From contig CBDCCS010000021.1 of the NCBI GenBank assembly GCA_965214935.1, positions 353,772 to 417,771 of the forward strand: DNA of 64,000 nucleotides, read 5' to 3'. Under the pieces are notes generated by a model. That model saw only the letters and a program-made list of their open reading frames with translations. It made no database searches and was not told the DNA's origin. This document shows, piece by piece, positions 48,540-57,727 of the stretch. Made by a program: the position numbers and the translations under genes. The stretch is from Candidatus Velthaea sp. (GTDB taxonomy: Bacteria; Vulcanimicrobiota; Vulcanimicrobiia; Vulcanimicrobiales; Vulcanimicrobiaceae). How positions within the stretch are numbered: the first letter of the stretch is position 1; each line of letters begins with the position of its first letter.

Positions 48540-50432
48540 GTGACGGGTCCGGCGAACGAGTCGTCGGCTATGCAGAAGCAAATGGCAGATGATGCCGCCG
48601 TCATCGTCGTGGGCGGAGGCCATGCGGGCGTCGAGGCAGCACGCGCGGCCGCCCGTTTAGGGGTGCCGACCATTCTGGTATCCGGCGATCCGCAACGCGT
48701 ATGCACCCTCGCCTGCAACCCCTCGATCGGCGGGAGCGCCAAGGGTCAACTCGTGCGAGAGATCGATGCACTCGGCGGCGTCATGGGTCGATTGATCGAT
48801 GCAACCGCCTTGCACGGTCGTTTCCTCAACGAATCGAAGGGACCATCGGTACGGGCGCTTCGCGCGCTGGCCGACAAGCCCGCCTATGCACGAGCCGGTC
48901 GTGACGCCGTTCATGCACAGCCGAATCTCACCGTGATCTCGGCAATGGTTGAAGACCTGATCGTGCGCGGTGGCGCGGTGCATGGAATTGTTACCGCCGA
49001 CGGGTCGGCATTACGCGCTCCGAACGTGGTCTTGGCAACGGGTACGTTTTTGGGCGGCAGGACGTTTCGCGGAACCGAGGTGAAAGCGGAAGGGCGATTC
49101 GGGGAAGCGCCGGCAAACGGGTTGTCCGCAACCCTGCGGCGTCTCGGATTTCCGCTCGGGAGACTCAAGACCGGCACACCGCCGCGCATCGATCGGACAA
49201 CCGTCGATGTGACGTCTCTGAGCGAACAGCCGGCCAGCTCGACTCCGCTGATGTTTTCGTATGCGAGCGCACCGCGGTTTGCCGGACCGCAATTGCCGTG
49301 TTGGATTACGCTGACGAACGAGCGAACGCACACGCTGGTGCGCGATAACTTGAGCCGCTCGCCACTCTATGGACTCGACCTCATTCGCGGCATCGGGCCG
49401 CGCTATTGCCCGTCGATTGAAGATAAGGTCGTCAAGTTCGCCCACAATCCGACGCATCAGATTTTTATCGAGCCCGAAGGCTGGGACGAGCCGACCTGGT
49501 ACGTCGGCGGCTTTTCAACGTCACTCCCGGCCGACGTGCAGCTGGCGATGTTGCGCACGCTCCCGGGACTCGCGGACGTCGACATGTTGCGTGCCGGCTA
49601 TGCCGTAGAATACGACTTTGTTACGCCGACGGAACTCGATCCGAGTTTGGAGACTCGCCGCGTTGCCGGCCTCTTCCACTGCGGTCAACTCAACGGAACC
49701 TCGGGCTACGAGGAAGCCGCAGCGCAAGGTCTGGTCGCCGGGATCAATGCTGCACGGCGCGCGCAGGGGCGCGCAGCGGTCCGGCTCGGGCGCGAAACGT
49801 CGTTCATCGGCACCATGATCGACGACCTCGTGACCAAAGGCGTTGACGAGCCGTATCGAATGCTGACGTCGCGCGCTGAATATCGCGTGATGCTGCGCCA
49901 TGATAACGCGGATTTGCGTCTGACTCCAACCGGGCGCGATATCGGACTTGTCGGCGACGCCGATTTCGAGGCGTTCTGCAAGCGTCGCGCGGCGCTCGAA
50001 ACGGCTCGCATCTGGGCCGTACGGACGAAGATCGGATCCACGCGCATCGGAACGTCGACGTTTTTGCCGGGCGCAACGCTTGCCGATGCCTTGCGCCGGC
50101 CAGAGCTGCAGTTCGCGGATGTCGCCGCAGAATTCCCCGCCGGCTTGGAGCCTGCAATCGGCGAGCGAGCCCACATTGAAATAGCAATGGAAGGCTACGT
50201 TCGACGGGCCGAGCTGGCCGTCGCAAAAGCGGCCGTTGATGAAGGCCGGTCGATTCCGGCCGGCTTCGACTTCTTACACCTGTCGCAGTTGGCGCTCGAA
50301 GCGCGCGAGAAGCTGACGCGCATTCAGCCACGTTCGTTAGGCGCAGCTGCGCGGATTACCGGCATTACGCCGGCGGATCTCGAGGTTCTGCGCGTTGCGT
50401 TGCATCGCGACCGGCATACGCAACCCGCTTGA
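48540..50432 (+). CDS. mnmG: tRNA uridine 5-carboxymethylaminomethyl modification enzyme MnmG (GidA)
   Basis: VVGGGHAGVEAA, CNPSIGG, LKTGTPPR, GPRYCPSIEDK, GTSGYEEAAAQG, EPYRMLTSRAEYR. Start could be ATG 48570 or later. Confidence 0.97.
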   Translation: MTGPANESSAMQKQMADDAAVIVVGGGHAGVEAARAAARLGVPTILVSGDPQRVCTLACNPSIGGSAKGQLVREIDALGGVMGRLIDATALHGRFLNESKGPSVRALRALADKPAYARAGRDAVHAQPNLTVISAMVEDLIVRGGAVHGIVTADGSALRAPNVVLATGTFLGGRTFRGTEVKAEGRFGEAPANGLSATLRRLGFPLGRLKTGTPPRIDRTTVDVTSLSEQPASSTPLMFSYASAPRFAGPQLPCWITLTNERTHTLVRDNLSRSPLYGLDLIRGIGPRYCPSIEDKVVKFAHNPTHQIFIEPEGWDEPTWYVGGFSTSLPADVQLAMLRTLPGLADVDMLRAGYAVEYDFVTPTELDPSLETRRVAGLFHCGQLNGTSGYEEAAAQGLVAGINAARRAQGRAAVRLGRETSFIGTMIDDLVTKGVDEPYRMLTSRAEYRVMLRHDNADLRLTPTGRDIGLVGDADFEAFCKRRAALETARIWAVRTKIGSTRIGTSTFLPGATLADALRRPELQFADVAAEFPAGLEPAIGERAHIEIAMEGYVRRAELAVAKAAVDEGRSIPAGFDFLHLSQLALEAREKLTRIQPRSLGAAARITGITPADLEVLRVALHRDRHTQPA

Positions 50433-51112
50433 CCGTCGCCGCGGCCATCGCCGTCGCGCTCGGCGCAGCAAATGTTGCGCCCGCGCTGATCGAACGCTTA
50501 GCAGCCTATGGTGAAATCGTTCTGCACGCGAATAAGGCGTTCAATCTGACCGCAGCGCGAGAGCCGGATGCCTTCGCGGCACAGATTATCGATGCGTTGA
50601 GTTTAACCGCGGACATCGATGGGCCGCTCATCGACATCGGCTCCGGTGCCGGCCTGCCGGGCATTCCGCTGGCAGTAGCGACCGGCCAACGCGTCGTCCT
50701 CGTTGATGCGGCAAAGAAAAAGGGCGATTTCTTGGTACGCGCGTTGCGCGAACTCGATTTGCCGGGCGAAGCGCTGAGCGTGCGGGCCGAGTCGCTCGCA
50801 CGTAATCCGGCCTATCGGGAACGGTTCGCATGCGTTACGGCCCGGGCGGTTGCGTCGGCTCCCAGCGTGGCCGAGCTGAGCGTTCCGTTTTTGGCAATCG
50901 GCGGGCGAGCGTTGTTGCAACGCGGTGCCATGGACGAACGCGAGCGGGAGGCCGTTGGCGACGCGGCGCCGATTCTCGGCGCAGAGTTTGTCGCGGAGCG
51001 GCTGTTGCAGGGCGAACGCCGAGTACTGATTTTGCTGAAGCGTACGCCGACGCAGCAACGATTTCCGCGACGCGACGGCATTCCGCAGAAGCGGCCGCTT
51101 TGCTTTAATTAG
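50429..51112 (+). CDS. rsmG: 16S rRNA m7G527 methyltransferase RsmG (GidB)
   Basis: FNLTA, DIGSGAGLPGIPL, RAE, TARAVA, FPRRDGIPQKRPL. Confidence 0.95.
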   Translation: MTVAAAIAVALGAANVAPALIERLAAYGEIVLHANKAFNLTAAREPDAFAAQIIDALSLTADIDGPLIDIGSGAGLPGIPLAVATGQRVVLVDAAKKKGDFLVRALRELDLPGEALSVRAESLARNPAYRERFACVTARAVASAPSVAELSVPFLAIGGRALLQRGAMDEREREAVGDAAPILGAEFVAERLLQGERRVLILLKRTPTQQRFPRRDGIPQKRPLCFN

Positions 51113-51122
51113 CGGCGCTGTA

Positions 51123-51148
51123 ACGCAAGCAACTCATGGAGCTTGCGT
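51123..51148 (+). terminator. Hairpin after rsmG, possible terminator
   Basis: ACGCAAGC-N10-GCTTGCGT about 10 nt after the rsmG stop. No U tract. Confidence 0.3.
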
Positions 51149-51215
51149 AACCCAGCCCGAAGGCGGACGTGTAGCCGTGTTACGAAATCGGCCCAATTGT
51201 TTAAGCGCGAGTCCC

Positions 51216-51231
51216 TGTTTCACGTGAAACA
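51216..51231. promoter_or_regulatory. parS: parS centromere site 1 (perfect palindrome)
   Basis: TGTTTCACGTGAAACA matches the widely conserved chromosomal parS consensus; about 2.4 kb upstream of parA. Confidence 0.95.
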
Positions 51232-51598
51232 GCGGTCGATTACCGTCATTCGATCCCGCCTGATAAGGTTTCCTGACCGCGCCCGCCCACACGCAACTTA
51301 AGCCGGCAGATTTGCTATCGTGACGCCGAATCTCTGACCTATCAAGTAAAAAGCAGATTGTCATCAGTTAGCGTGGCCCCGCGACATTCATAATGGAGAA
51401 TGCAGAGCGAGAGTCCCCTTTGCGGACGTTGGTCGCCATTAACGGCGCTTCGCAAAGCGACCAAGCCGTAAGCAAGAATAAGGCGACAAGCAACTGAGAG
51501 CAATCTCACCATGCCCCGGGCCTGTCGCTGGGCTTTCCTTCATTGCCACGCATGGATGTAAAGTAAGGTTGCGATTGTAGCTAGTTACTCAGTTGAAA

Positions 51599-51614
51599 AG
51601 TTTCACGTGAAACC
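51599..51614. promoter_or_regulatory. parS: parS centromere site 2
   Basis: AGTTTCACGTGAAACC with a perfect 14-bp core GTTTCACGTGAAAC. Confidence 0.9.
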
Positions 51615-52038
51615 CAACGGAGATCTCCGTGAGGTTTCGCCTGCCGGGCGACGTGAAAGACGAACGCGGCAGCTCCGGCCAAACGAATCGGGCACTGCCG
51701 ACCAAACGAACGGGACGTTGCGGCGAAACAAACGCGGCGATTTCGATCGATGAACGCGCAAGCTTTGCTGCAACATACGCGGCACGGCCGACTAAGCGGA
51801 CCTAACAACTCCGACATGCGTATGCGGTCGCCCCGACGAAGCGCGCTCTCGGTCCGACAAACTGAACCTTACCGAGCCGGAAAAGCAAACGTTCGATCCT
51901 GGGTCAATGAATGCGCGACCTGCCACCGAAAAACCGGGCGCTTGGTGAGCGAACGAAGCGTTCCGATCAAACGAACGTGGCAGTCCAACTTGCGGTGAGT
52001 TCTTTGGCCGATCGGCCCGGGGGTAGTATAAGGTTGCC

Positions 52039-53409
52039 GTGCAGACGCCCCTCGACCGCTTACTATCCGACGCTTTAGCGCCTGCCGACGTATTTGCCGT
52101 CGGCGGTCGAGTCCGGGATGAATTCCGGTCTCGGCAGAGCGGCACTGCCGTTGCGCCCAAAGACCTCGACTATGTCGTCTGTGGTTTAGCTCAAGACGAT
52201 GTGGCCGCAAAGCTTGCCGCGGTCGGGCGCTTGGACATCGTCGGCGCCTCGTTTTCGGTGTTCAAGTTTCGGTCGGACGTTGGTTCGGCCGATATTGCGT
52301 TGCCCCGGCGCGAACGTTCAACGGGTTCCGGCCACCGTGACTTCAGCGTCGAAAGCGGACCGGACATTCCGCTCGAAGACGATCTCGGGCGCCGTGATTT
52401 CCGCATGAACATGATCGCGCGGCGCCTGCGTGACGATGCGGTTATCGACCCGTTCGGCGGTGTCCGGGATATCGGGCAGCGGACGATTGATATCGTCGCC
52501 GACGAAACGTTTATCGAGGATCCGCTCCGATTACTTCGCGCAGCGCAATTCGCTGCGCGTTTCGCGTTCGATGTCAGTCCGCGCGCAAAAAAGGCGATGA
52601 TCGTCGCCGCGCACTTACTGCCGACTGTTTCAGGCGAGCGAGTCGGCGAAGAAATGACGAAGCTCCTCTTGCTGGCAGCCGTTCCTTCCGTCGGCCTTGA
52701 GCTGTTGCGCGAGACAGGTGTACTCGCGTATCTGTGGCCCGAGGTGCTCGAAGGCGTCGGCGTCGATCAAAACGAGTGGCACGCATACGACGTTTACCGC
52801 CACAGCCTCGTAACGCTCGATGCGACGCCGCCCGGCGATCTCGTCTTGCGCCTCTCGGCGCTCCTCCACGATGTCGCCAAGCCGCGCACGAAGGACGGCC
52901 CGCATTTTTATCGACACGAGCTTGTCGGTGCAGACCTCGTCCCGGTGCTGCTGCAGCGGTTACGGTTGTCCAAGACGGTCGTTGAAACCGTGACGCATCT
53001 CGTGCGTCAACATATGTATAGCGCCGATCCGGACTTTCAACCTAAAGCGCTGCGCCGGTTCATCAATCGGGTGCAGCCTGACAACCTCGAGCGCTTATTT
53101 GCTTTGCGGGCTGCGGACATCGCCGGAAGCGGTTTGCCCAAGCGCGACGATGCGAACGAGCGCTTTGAGGCTCGGGTGTTCGACGTACTTGCCGAAGCGC
53201 CGCCGCGTGGTGTTAAAGATCTCGCAATCGGCGGTCGCGACGTCATTGCACTTTTCGAGCAAACCGGCCGTGTCGCACCGGGCTTCACCGGCGACCGTCG
53301 CGTCGGGCAAGTATTGCAGACGCTGTTCGAGCGCGTTATCGACGATCCGGCGTTCAACGAGCGTCACGCACTGCTCGATGCGGCCCGAGCACTCGTCTTG
53401 GCGCATTAA
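52039..53409 (+). CDS. cca: Class II tRNA nucleotidyltransferase (CCA-adding type) with HD domain
   Basis: VGGRVRD, DLD, RRDFRMN, EDPLRLLR, LLHDVAKP. Exact specificity (CCA versus A-adding) cannot be determined by eye. Confidence 0.85.
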   Translation: MQTPLDRLLSDALAPADVFAVGGRVRDEFRSRQSGTAVAPKDLDYVVCGLAQDDVAAKLAAVGRLDIVGASFSVFKFRSDVGSADIALPRRERSTGSGHRDFSVESGPDIPLEDDLGRRDFRMNMIARRLRDDAVIDPFGGVRDIGQRTIDIVADETFIEDPLRLLRAAQFAARFAFDVSPRAKKAMIVAAHLLPTVSGERVGEEMTKLLLLAAVPSVGLELLRETGVLAYLWPEVLEGVGVDQNEWHAYDVYRHSLVTLDATPPGDLVLRLSALLHDVAKPRTKDGPHFYRHELVGADLVPVLLQRLRLSKTVVETVTHLVRQHMYSADPDFQPKALRRFINRVQPDNLERLFALRAADIAGSGLPKRDDANERFEARVFDVLAEAPPRGVKDLAIGGRDVIALFEQTGRVAPGFTGDRRVGQVLQTLFERVIDDPAFNERHALLDAARALVLAH

Positions 53410-53613
53410 CGGTTCAAATCGAACGACTGCAGCTTCGCCATATCGCAGAGCTTAACTCAGTTCAGCCGCAGCGCGGCCGCAGAAGCAGTCGAGGGTTCCA
53501 TGGAATGCGTAGGGGCGCAACGTTGCTTTCCCTAAGCCCGCCTCGGAACGGCATTCGATCTTTACTGCTTTCGTGCGAGGTCTTTCACGGTTGCTTCAGC
53601 GCATGTCGAAGGC

Positions 53614-54369
53614 ATGCAACGCGTCATTGCCATCGTCAACCAAAAAGGCGGCGTCGGCAAAAGTACGACTGCGGTCAACTTAGGTGCGTCGCTGGCAACC
53701 CTCGGGCAACGAGTGCTGATCGTCGACATCGATCCGCAAGGCAATTCGACCACCGGCGTCGGTATCGACAAGCGAACGGTCGAGCGCGACGTGTATTCGG
53801 TGTTGCTCGACGGGGCGACGATTCACGACGTCGTCCGCCCGACCGGCGTTCATGGGCTGTCGGTTGTGCCGGCGACATTGGCCTTGGCCGGCGCCGAGAT
53901 CGAACTCGTGTCGACCTTACGGCGCGAAGGACGACTAAAATCGGCGTTGACTCTCGTCGAGCGGTCCTACGACTATATTCTCATCGACTGCCCGCCGTCG
54001 CTCGGCCTACTTACGATCAATGCGCTTACGGCGGCAAATGAGGTCATCATTCCGGTACAAGCCGAGTTTTATGCACTTGAGGGACTTTCGCAACTCACGA
54101 CGATCGTGCGACGAATCAAAGACGCGCTCAACCCGGATCTGACGATTCTAGGCGTGCTGATCACCATGTACGATGCTCGGCAACGGCTGGCGACCGAAGT
54201 TCTCGATGAAGTCTCACGCTATTTTCCGGATCGCGTCTTCGCGACGCAGATTCCGCGCAACGTGCGGTTGTCCGAAGCGCCGTCGCACGGCAAACCGGCA
54301 GTTCTCTTCGATGTGAAGTCGCGCGGCGCGCAAGCGTATCTGGCGTTGGCGCGAGAGGTGCTCAAATGA
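53614..54369 (+). CDS. parA: Chromosome partitioning ATPase ParA/Soj
   Basis: NQKGGVGKSTT, DIDPQGN, IDCPPSLG, YALEG, IPRNVRLSEAPSHG. Confidence 0.97.
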   Translation: MQRVIAIVNQKGGVGKSTTAVNLGASLATLGQRVLIVDIDPQGNSTTGVGIDKRTVERDVYSVLLDGATIHDVVRPTGVHGLSVVPATLALAGAEIELVSTLRREGRLKSALTLVERSYDYILIDCPPSLGLLTINALTAANEVIIPVQAEFYALEGLSQLTTIVRRIKDALNPDLTILGVLITMYDARQRLATEVLDEVSRYFPDRVFATQIPRNVRLSEAPSHGKPAVLFDVKSRGAQAYLALAREVLK

Positions 54370-55271
54370 GCGTTAAGCGCGGCCTCGGACGCGGGCTCGG
54401 AGCGTTCCTCGGCGATGTTGACACCAAAGACCTCATTGCGCCCGTCGCTCGCGGGCTCAATCAGATCGCGATCGCGCGAATCGTGCCGAATCCCAATCAG
54501 CCGCGCGTTACGTTCGATGCCGTCGCACTCGATGAGTTACGCGCTTCGATCGTTCAATTCGGCGTGCTCGTGCCCATCATCGTTCGGCCTGCAGGCGACG
54601 CTTACGAATTGATCGCCGGAGAGCGCCGATTGCGCGCCGCGCGAGCCGCCGGCCTCGAAACGATTCCGGCGATCGTGCGCCGGTCGGACGATCGCGAATC
54701 GCTTGAAGTAGCGATCATCGAGAACCTGCAGCGCCAAGACCTCGATCCGCTCGAGGAAGCGATGGGACTCGCGCACCTCATCGAAACCCATGGCTATACC
54801 CAAGACCAGCTCGCGCAGCGCTTGGGACGCAGCCGCTCGGCTGTTGCCAACAGTCTACGGCTACTCACATTATCAACGCAGCTTCAATCGCGCGTTCGCG
54901 CCGGCGTCATCAGTGCCGGTCATGCGCGAGCATTGCTTGCTCTGCCGGCTGCACGCCGTGATGCTGTAGCCCAACGGATCGAGACCGACGGCCTGACCGT
55001 ACGCGCCGTCGAAAACTTGAGCCGTCGGACACCGCCTTCCGCTGCCCCCGCCGTTCGCTCGCGAGCGGCAGCTACGGAGCGCAGCAACGCCGCGAAGACG
55101 GCTGAATCAAGCGATCGCGGCGAGCTGCTCGATCGGCTGCGTTACCGCTTTGCAACGCATGTTGCGCTGGTCCGGCGCGGAAGCGGCGGAACGATCGAGT
55201 TGCGCTATGCCGACGACGCCGAGTTGTTACGAATCTGCGATCTATTGTTGGAGGTCGCCGCGGAACGGTGA
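54366..55271 (+). CDS. parB: Chromosome partitioning CTPase ParB/Spo0J
   Basis: GLGRGLG, NPNQPR, IAGERRLRA, ENLQRQDL, GRSRSAVANSLRLL, GHARALL. Confidence 0.97.
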   Translation: MSVKRGLGRGLGAFLGDVDTKDLIAPVARGLNQIAIARIVPNPNQPRVTFDAVALDELRASIVQFGVLVPIIVRPAGDAYELIAGERRLRAARAAGLETIPAIVRRSDDRESLEVAIIENLQRQDLDPLEEAMGLAHLIETHGYTQDQLAQRLGRSRSAVANSLRLLTLSTQLQSRVRAGVISAGHARALLALPAARRDAVAQRIETDGLTVRAVENLSRRTPPSAAPAVRSRAAATERSNAAKTAESSDRGELLDRLRYRFATHVALVRRGSGGTIELRYADDAELLRICDLLLEVAAER

Positions 55272-56059
55272 TCGTTGCGGCACTTGTCTCTGCGCTCGCC
55301 GGCCATGCCGAGGCGGCGGCTAATCGAGCTCAAACGGCAATCGTCGAGCAATTTATGGCCGATTTGCAACAGGCAAATTACGCTGCGGCGTTTCGTCTCC
55401 TCAACCCGGCCGCGCGCACGTATTTTCGCGAAGCCGCCAATCTTCGCAGCGTGTATACCGCCGACGGCTTCCGCGTCGAGCGTTTTACGATCGTCGGGCG
55501 GCGTGCGGGTTCGAGCGGCGCAATCGTGTTGGTGCGTGAAACGGCTCGTTTCCGCGATCATGCGCACGACGTTACGCTGCGGGAAACGGCGACGGTTTCG
55601 CTAGGCGTCGTGCCGGTTGCCGGCGCTTGGCGAATTAAAGATCCCGGGCACCCATGGCGAGCTTTTGCCCCGCGTGCTTTGGCAGCGCGCGACGGTCTGA
55701 CGGTGAGCGTAAAGAAAGTTTCGTTTTACGCGCGCAGGATTGAAGCCGTCGTGACCTTCGAAAATCGAAGTCCGTCTTCGGTAACGCTGCTGCCGTACGC
55801 AAAGAGCATCTTGCGCGACGCCGCCGGAACGCGGTATCCGATCATCGAGACGCGGGACTGGTCGTTGACCGACAAAGTTCTCTTCGAGGGACTTCGACTT
55901 GCGCCCAGTGCGGAATACACCGGTACGCTCGCATTTTCGTGTGGCCCACTTGACGATCGGCCGCGAAGATTTAGCTTGACGATTGCGCCGATACTCTTCG
56001 CAGGCGCCGATCTGCCGTTTTCGCTCGACGTCTCGAGAATCGCGGCAACCGCGCGCTAA
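55268..56059 (+). CDS. Hypothetical exported two-domain protein
   Basis: GTGA overlap with the parB stop, hydrophobic N-terminus, VEQFMADLQQANYAAAF..WRI first domain and a beta-rich second domain. Confidence 0.65.
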   Translation: MIVAALVSALAGHAEAAANRAQTAIVEQFMADLQQANYAAAFRLLNPAARTYFREAANLRSVYTADGFRVERFTIVGRRAGSSGAIVLVRETARFRDHAHDVTLRETATVSLGVVPVAGAWRIKDPGHPWRAFAPRALAARDGLTVSVKKVSFYARRIEAVVTFENRSPSSVTLLPYAKSILRDAAGTRYPIIETRDWSLTDKVLFEGLRLAPSAEYTGTLAFSCGPLDDRPRRFSLTIAPILFAGADLPFSLDVSRIAATAR

Positions 56060-56213
56060 TCGAGTTCCAGCCAAGACGGGTCGTCGTTCTGCCCGGCAGC
56101 CGGCCGAGAACTGCGCCCTCACCATTGAACGACGCGACAAGACGTCGATCGGCTATCGCAGGCAACTCGCAACGGATGAAACGACGTCGGCTCATTCGGC
56201 CATAATACACGAC

Positions 56214-56834
56214 ATGAACGATCGCCCGACCGCACGGCTACGTGGAATCTATGCACTCGTCGATCCGGCGCGCGGCGCGCTCGAGCCGTTCGTCGACGCA
56301 TTGTTACGCGGCGGCGTTCGGCTCTTTCAAGTCCGCGCGAAGAACGGTATCCGGCGCGACGAGCTTTCGCGCTTGGCCGAGCGCGTGCGACGTGCCGGCG
56401 GCCTGACGATCGTCAACGATGACGTCGCATTGGCGGACGCTGTGGACGGCGTGCATCTCGGTCAAGAAGATGCCGCGTTGCACGATTTGCAGGCAGTACG
56501 CGCGCGACTTGGAGCGCGCATCATCGGATTATCGTGCGGCACGCCCGCGGAAGCACGCGCGGCCGCTGCTGCCGGCCTCGATTATATCGGCGTCGGTCCG
56601 ATGTTTCCGACCGGCTCGAAACGCGACGCCGGATCTCCGATTGGCGTAAACGGGGTCCGTGCGGTGATCAGGGCATCGTCCTTGCCGGCGGCGGCGATCG
56701 GCGGGATCAGCGCCGAACGCATGCCGCAAGTGCGCGAAACCGGAGCCGCAATGGCCGCGGTTATTTCCGCGTGTTATGCCGGCGAAGATCCGGCCGCTGC
56801 AGCCCGAGCGCTCGTCGATGCCTGGGTACGATAA
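56214..56834 (+). CDS. thiE: Thiamine-phosphate synthase ThiE
   Basis: QVRAK, IVNDD, DGVHLGQED, DYIGVGPMFPTGSK, AIGGI, AVIS. Confidence 0.95.
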   Translation: MNDRPTARLRGIYALVDPARGALEPFVDALLRGGVRLFQVRAKNGIRRDELSRLAERVRRAGGLTIVNDDVALADAVDGVHLGQEDAALHDLQAVRARLGARIIGLSCGTPAEARAAAAAGLDYIGVGPMFPTGSKRDAGSPIGVNGVRAVIRASSLPAAAIGGISAERMPQVRETGAAMAAVISACYAGEDPAAAARALVDAWVR

Positions 56835-57598
56835 TGCCGACGCTGCTGGCAATCGGCACCACGCATCCGTTCAACGTGGCGGGGATCGGGCTCGATCTGC
56901 GAATTGCGGCGCAAATTGGCGTGCAACTCGTCTCGATCATCGCCGGCATAAGCGCGCAGAACGCATCGCAGGTGCTCGCCCGTGTGCCGATCGCTGACAA
57001 CATGCTTCACGCGCAGTTCGACGCGCTAAATGACGTCCGCATCGACGCAATTCATATCGGTGCACTCGTCGATGCACCAAGCGTTCGTACCATCGCACGC
57101 CGCCTGGCGCAATGCGGCGCGATACCCGTCGTCTGCGATCCGGTCATCGCCGCAACCGGCGGCGGCCGGCTTGCCGATGACGCGACGGTCGACGCTTTGC
57201 GGACGAGTTTATTCGAGCGGTGTACGCTTATCACGCCGAATCTCGACGAAGCAGAGTTGCTGCTTGGTCGAGCGATCGGCAATCTTGTCGAAATGGATGC
57301 TGCCGCGGTCGCCTTGCAGCATGCCGGTGCGCATGCCGTGCTTCTCAAAGGCGGTCACCTCGAAACGTCCGGCGCTGTCGTAACCGATGTACTTGCAGCC
57401 GGCGGCACGATTCGTCACTTTGCATCGCCGCGCGTAGCCGGTACGTTGCGCGGCACGGGCGATCTGCTGGCAAGCATGATTGCCGCTCGTTTAGGTTCGG
57501 GCGATTCGCTAACGACCGCAGTTGAAACGGGCCGGGCTTTCGTGCGCGCATGTTTGACCGAACGCATCGAGTTCGCCGGGATGCACACCATCCGCTAA
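56834..57598 (+). CDS. thiD: ThiD-like hydroxymethylpyrimidine/phosphomethylpyrimidine kinase (divergent)
   Basis: SAQN, VCDPVI, LITPNLDEA, VLLKGGHL, RGTGD. TAATG coupling to thiE. Confidence 0.8.
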   Translation: MPTLLAIGTTHPFNVAGIGLDLRIAAQIGVQLVSIIAGISAQNASQVLARVPIADNMLHAQFDALNDVRIDAIHIGALVDAPSVRTIARRLAQCGAIPVVCDPVIAATGGGRLADDATVDALRTSLFERCTLITPNLDEAELLLGRAIGNLVEMDAAAVALQHAGAHAVLLKGGHLETSGAVVTDVLAAGGTIRHFASPRVAGTLRGTGDLLASMIAARLGSGDSLTTAVETGRAFVRACLTERIEFAGMHTIR

Positions 57599-57727
57599 GG
57601 CGTCCGGCCGACGGCGTGGCAGGTTGCGCTCGCAGCCGGTCGGAACGTTTGCCCGTTGTCTCGCGCGGCCGCATACCGCAGGGTTCGTAACGGCAGAGCG
57701 CGAGGTTCGTGATAGGTTTGCCTCACC

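Noticed and set aside
53496..53505. TTCCATGGAA palindrome upstream of parA as a third parS
   Set aside because: It lacks the central CACGTG and is too short. Half-sites near 51650 and 59740 are rejected for the same reason.
56060..56213. TPP riboswitch upstream of thiE-thiD
   Set aside because: CCGAGA is present, but the CTGAGA and CCTGA...GCGnAGG core elements are not.
57599..57727. T-box leader upstream of trpS
   Set aside because: The gap is short and lacks the GGTGGnACC T-box sequence and a terminator; only a GC hairpin after thiD is visible.
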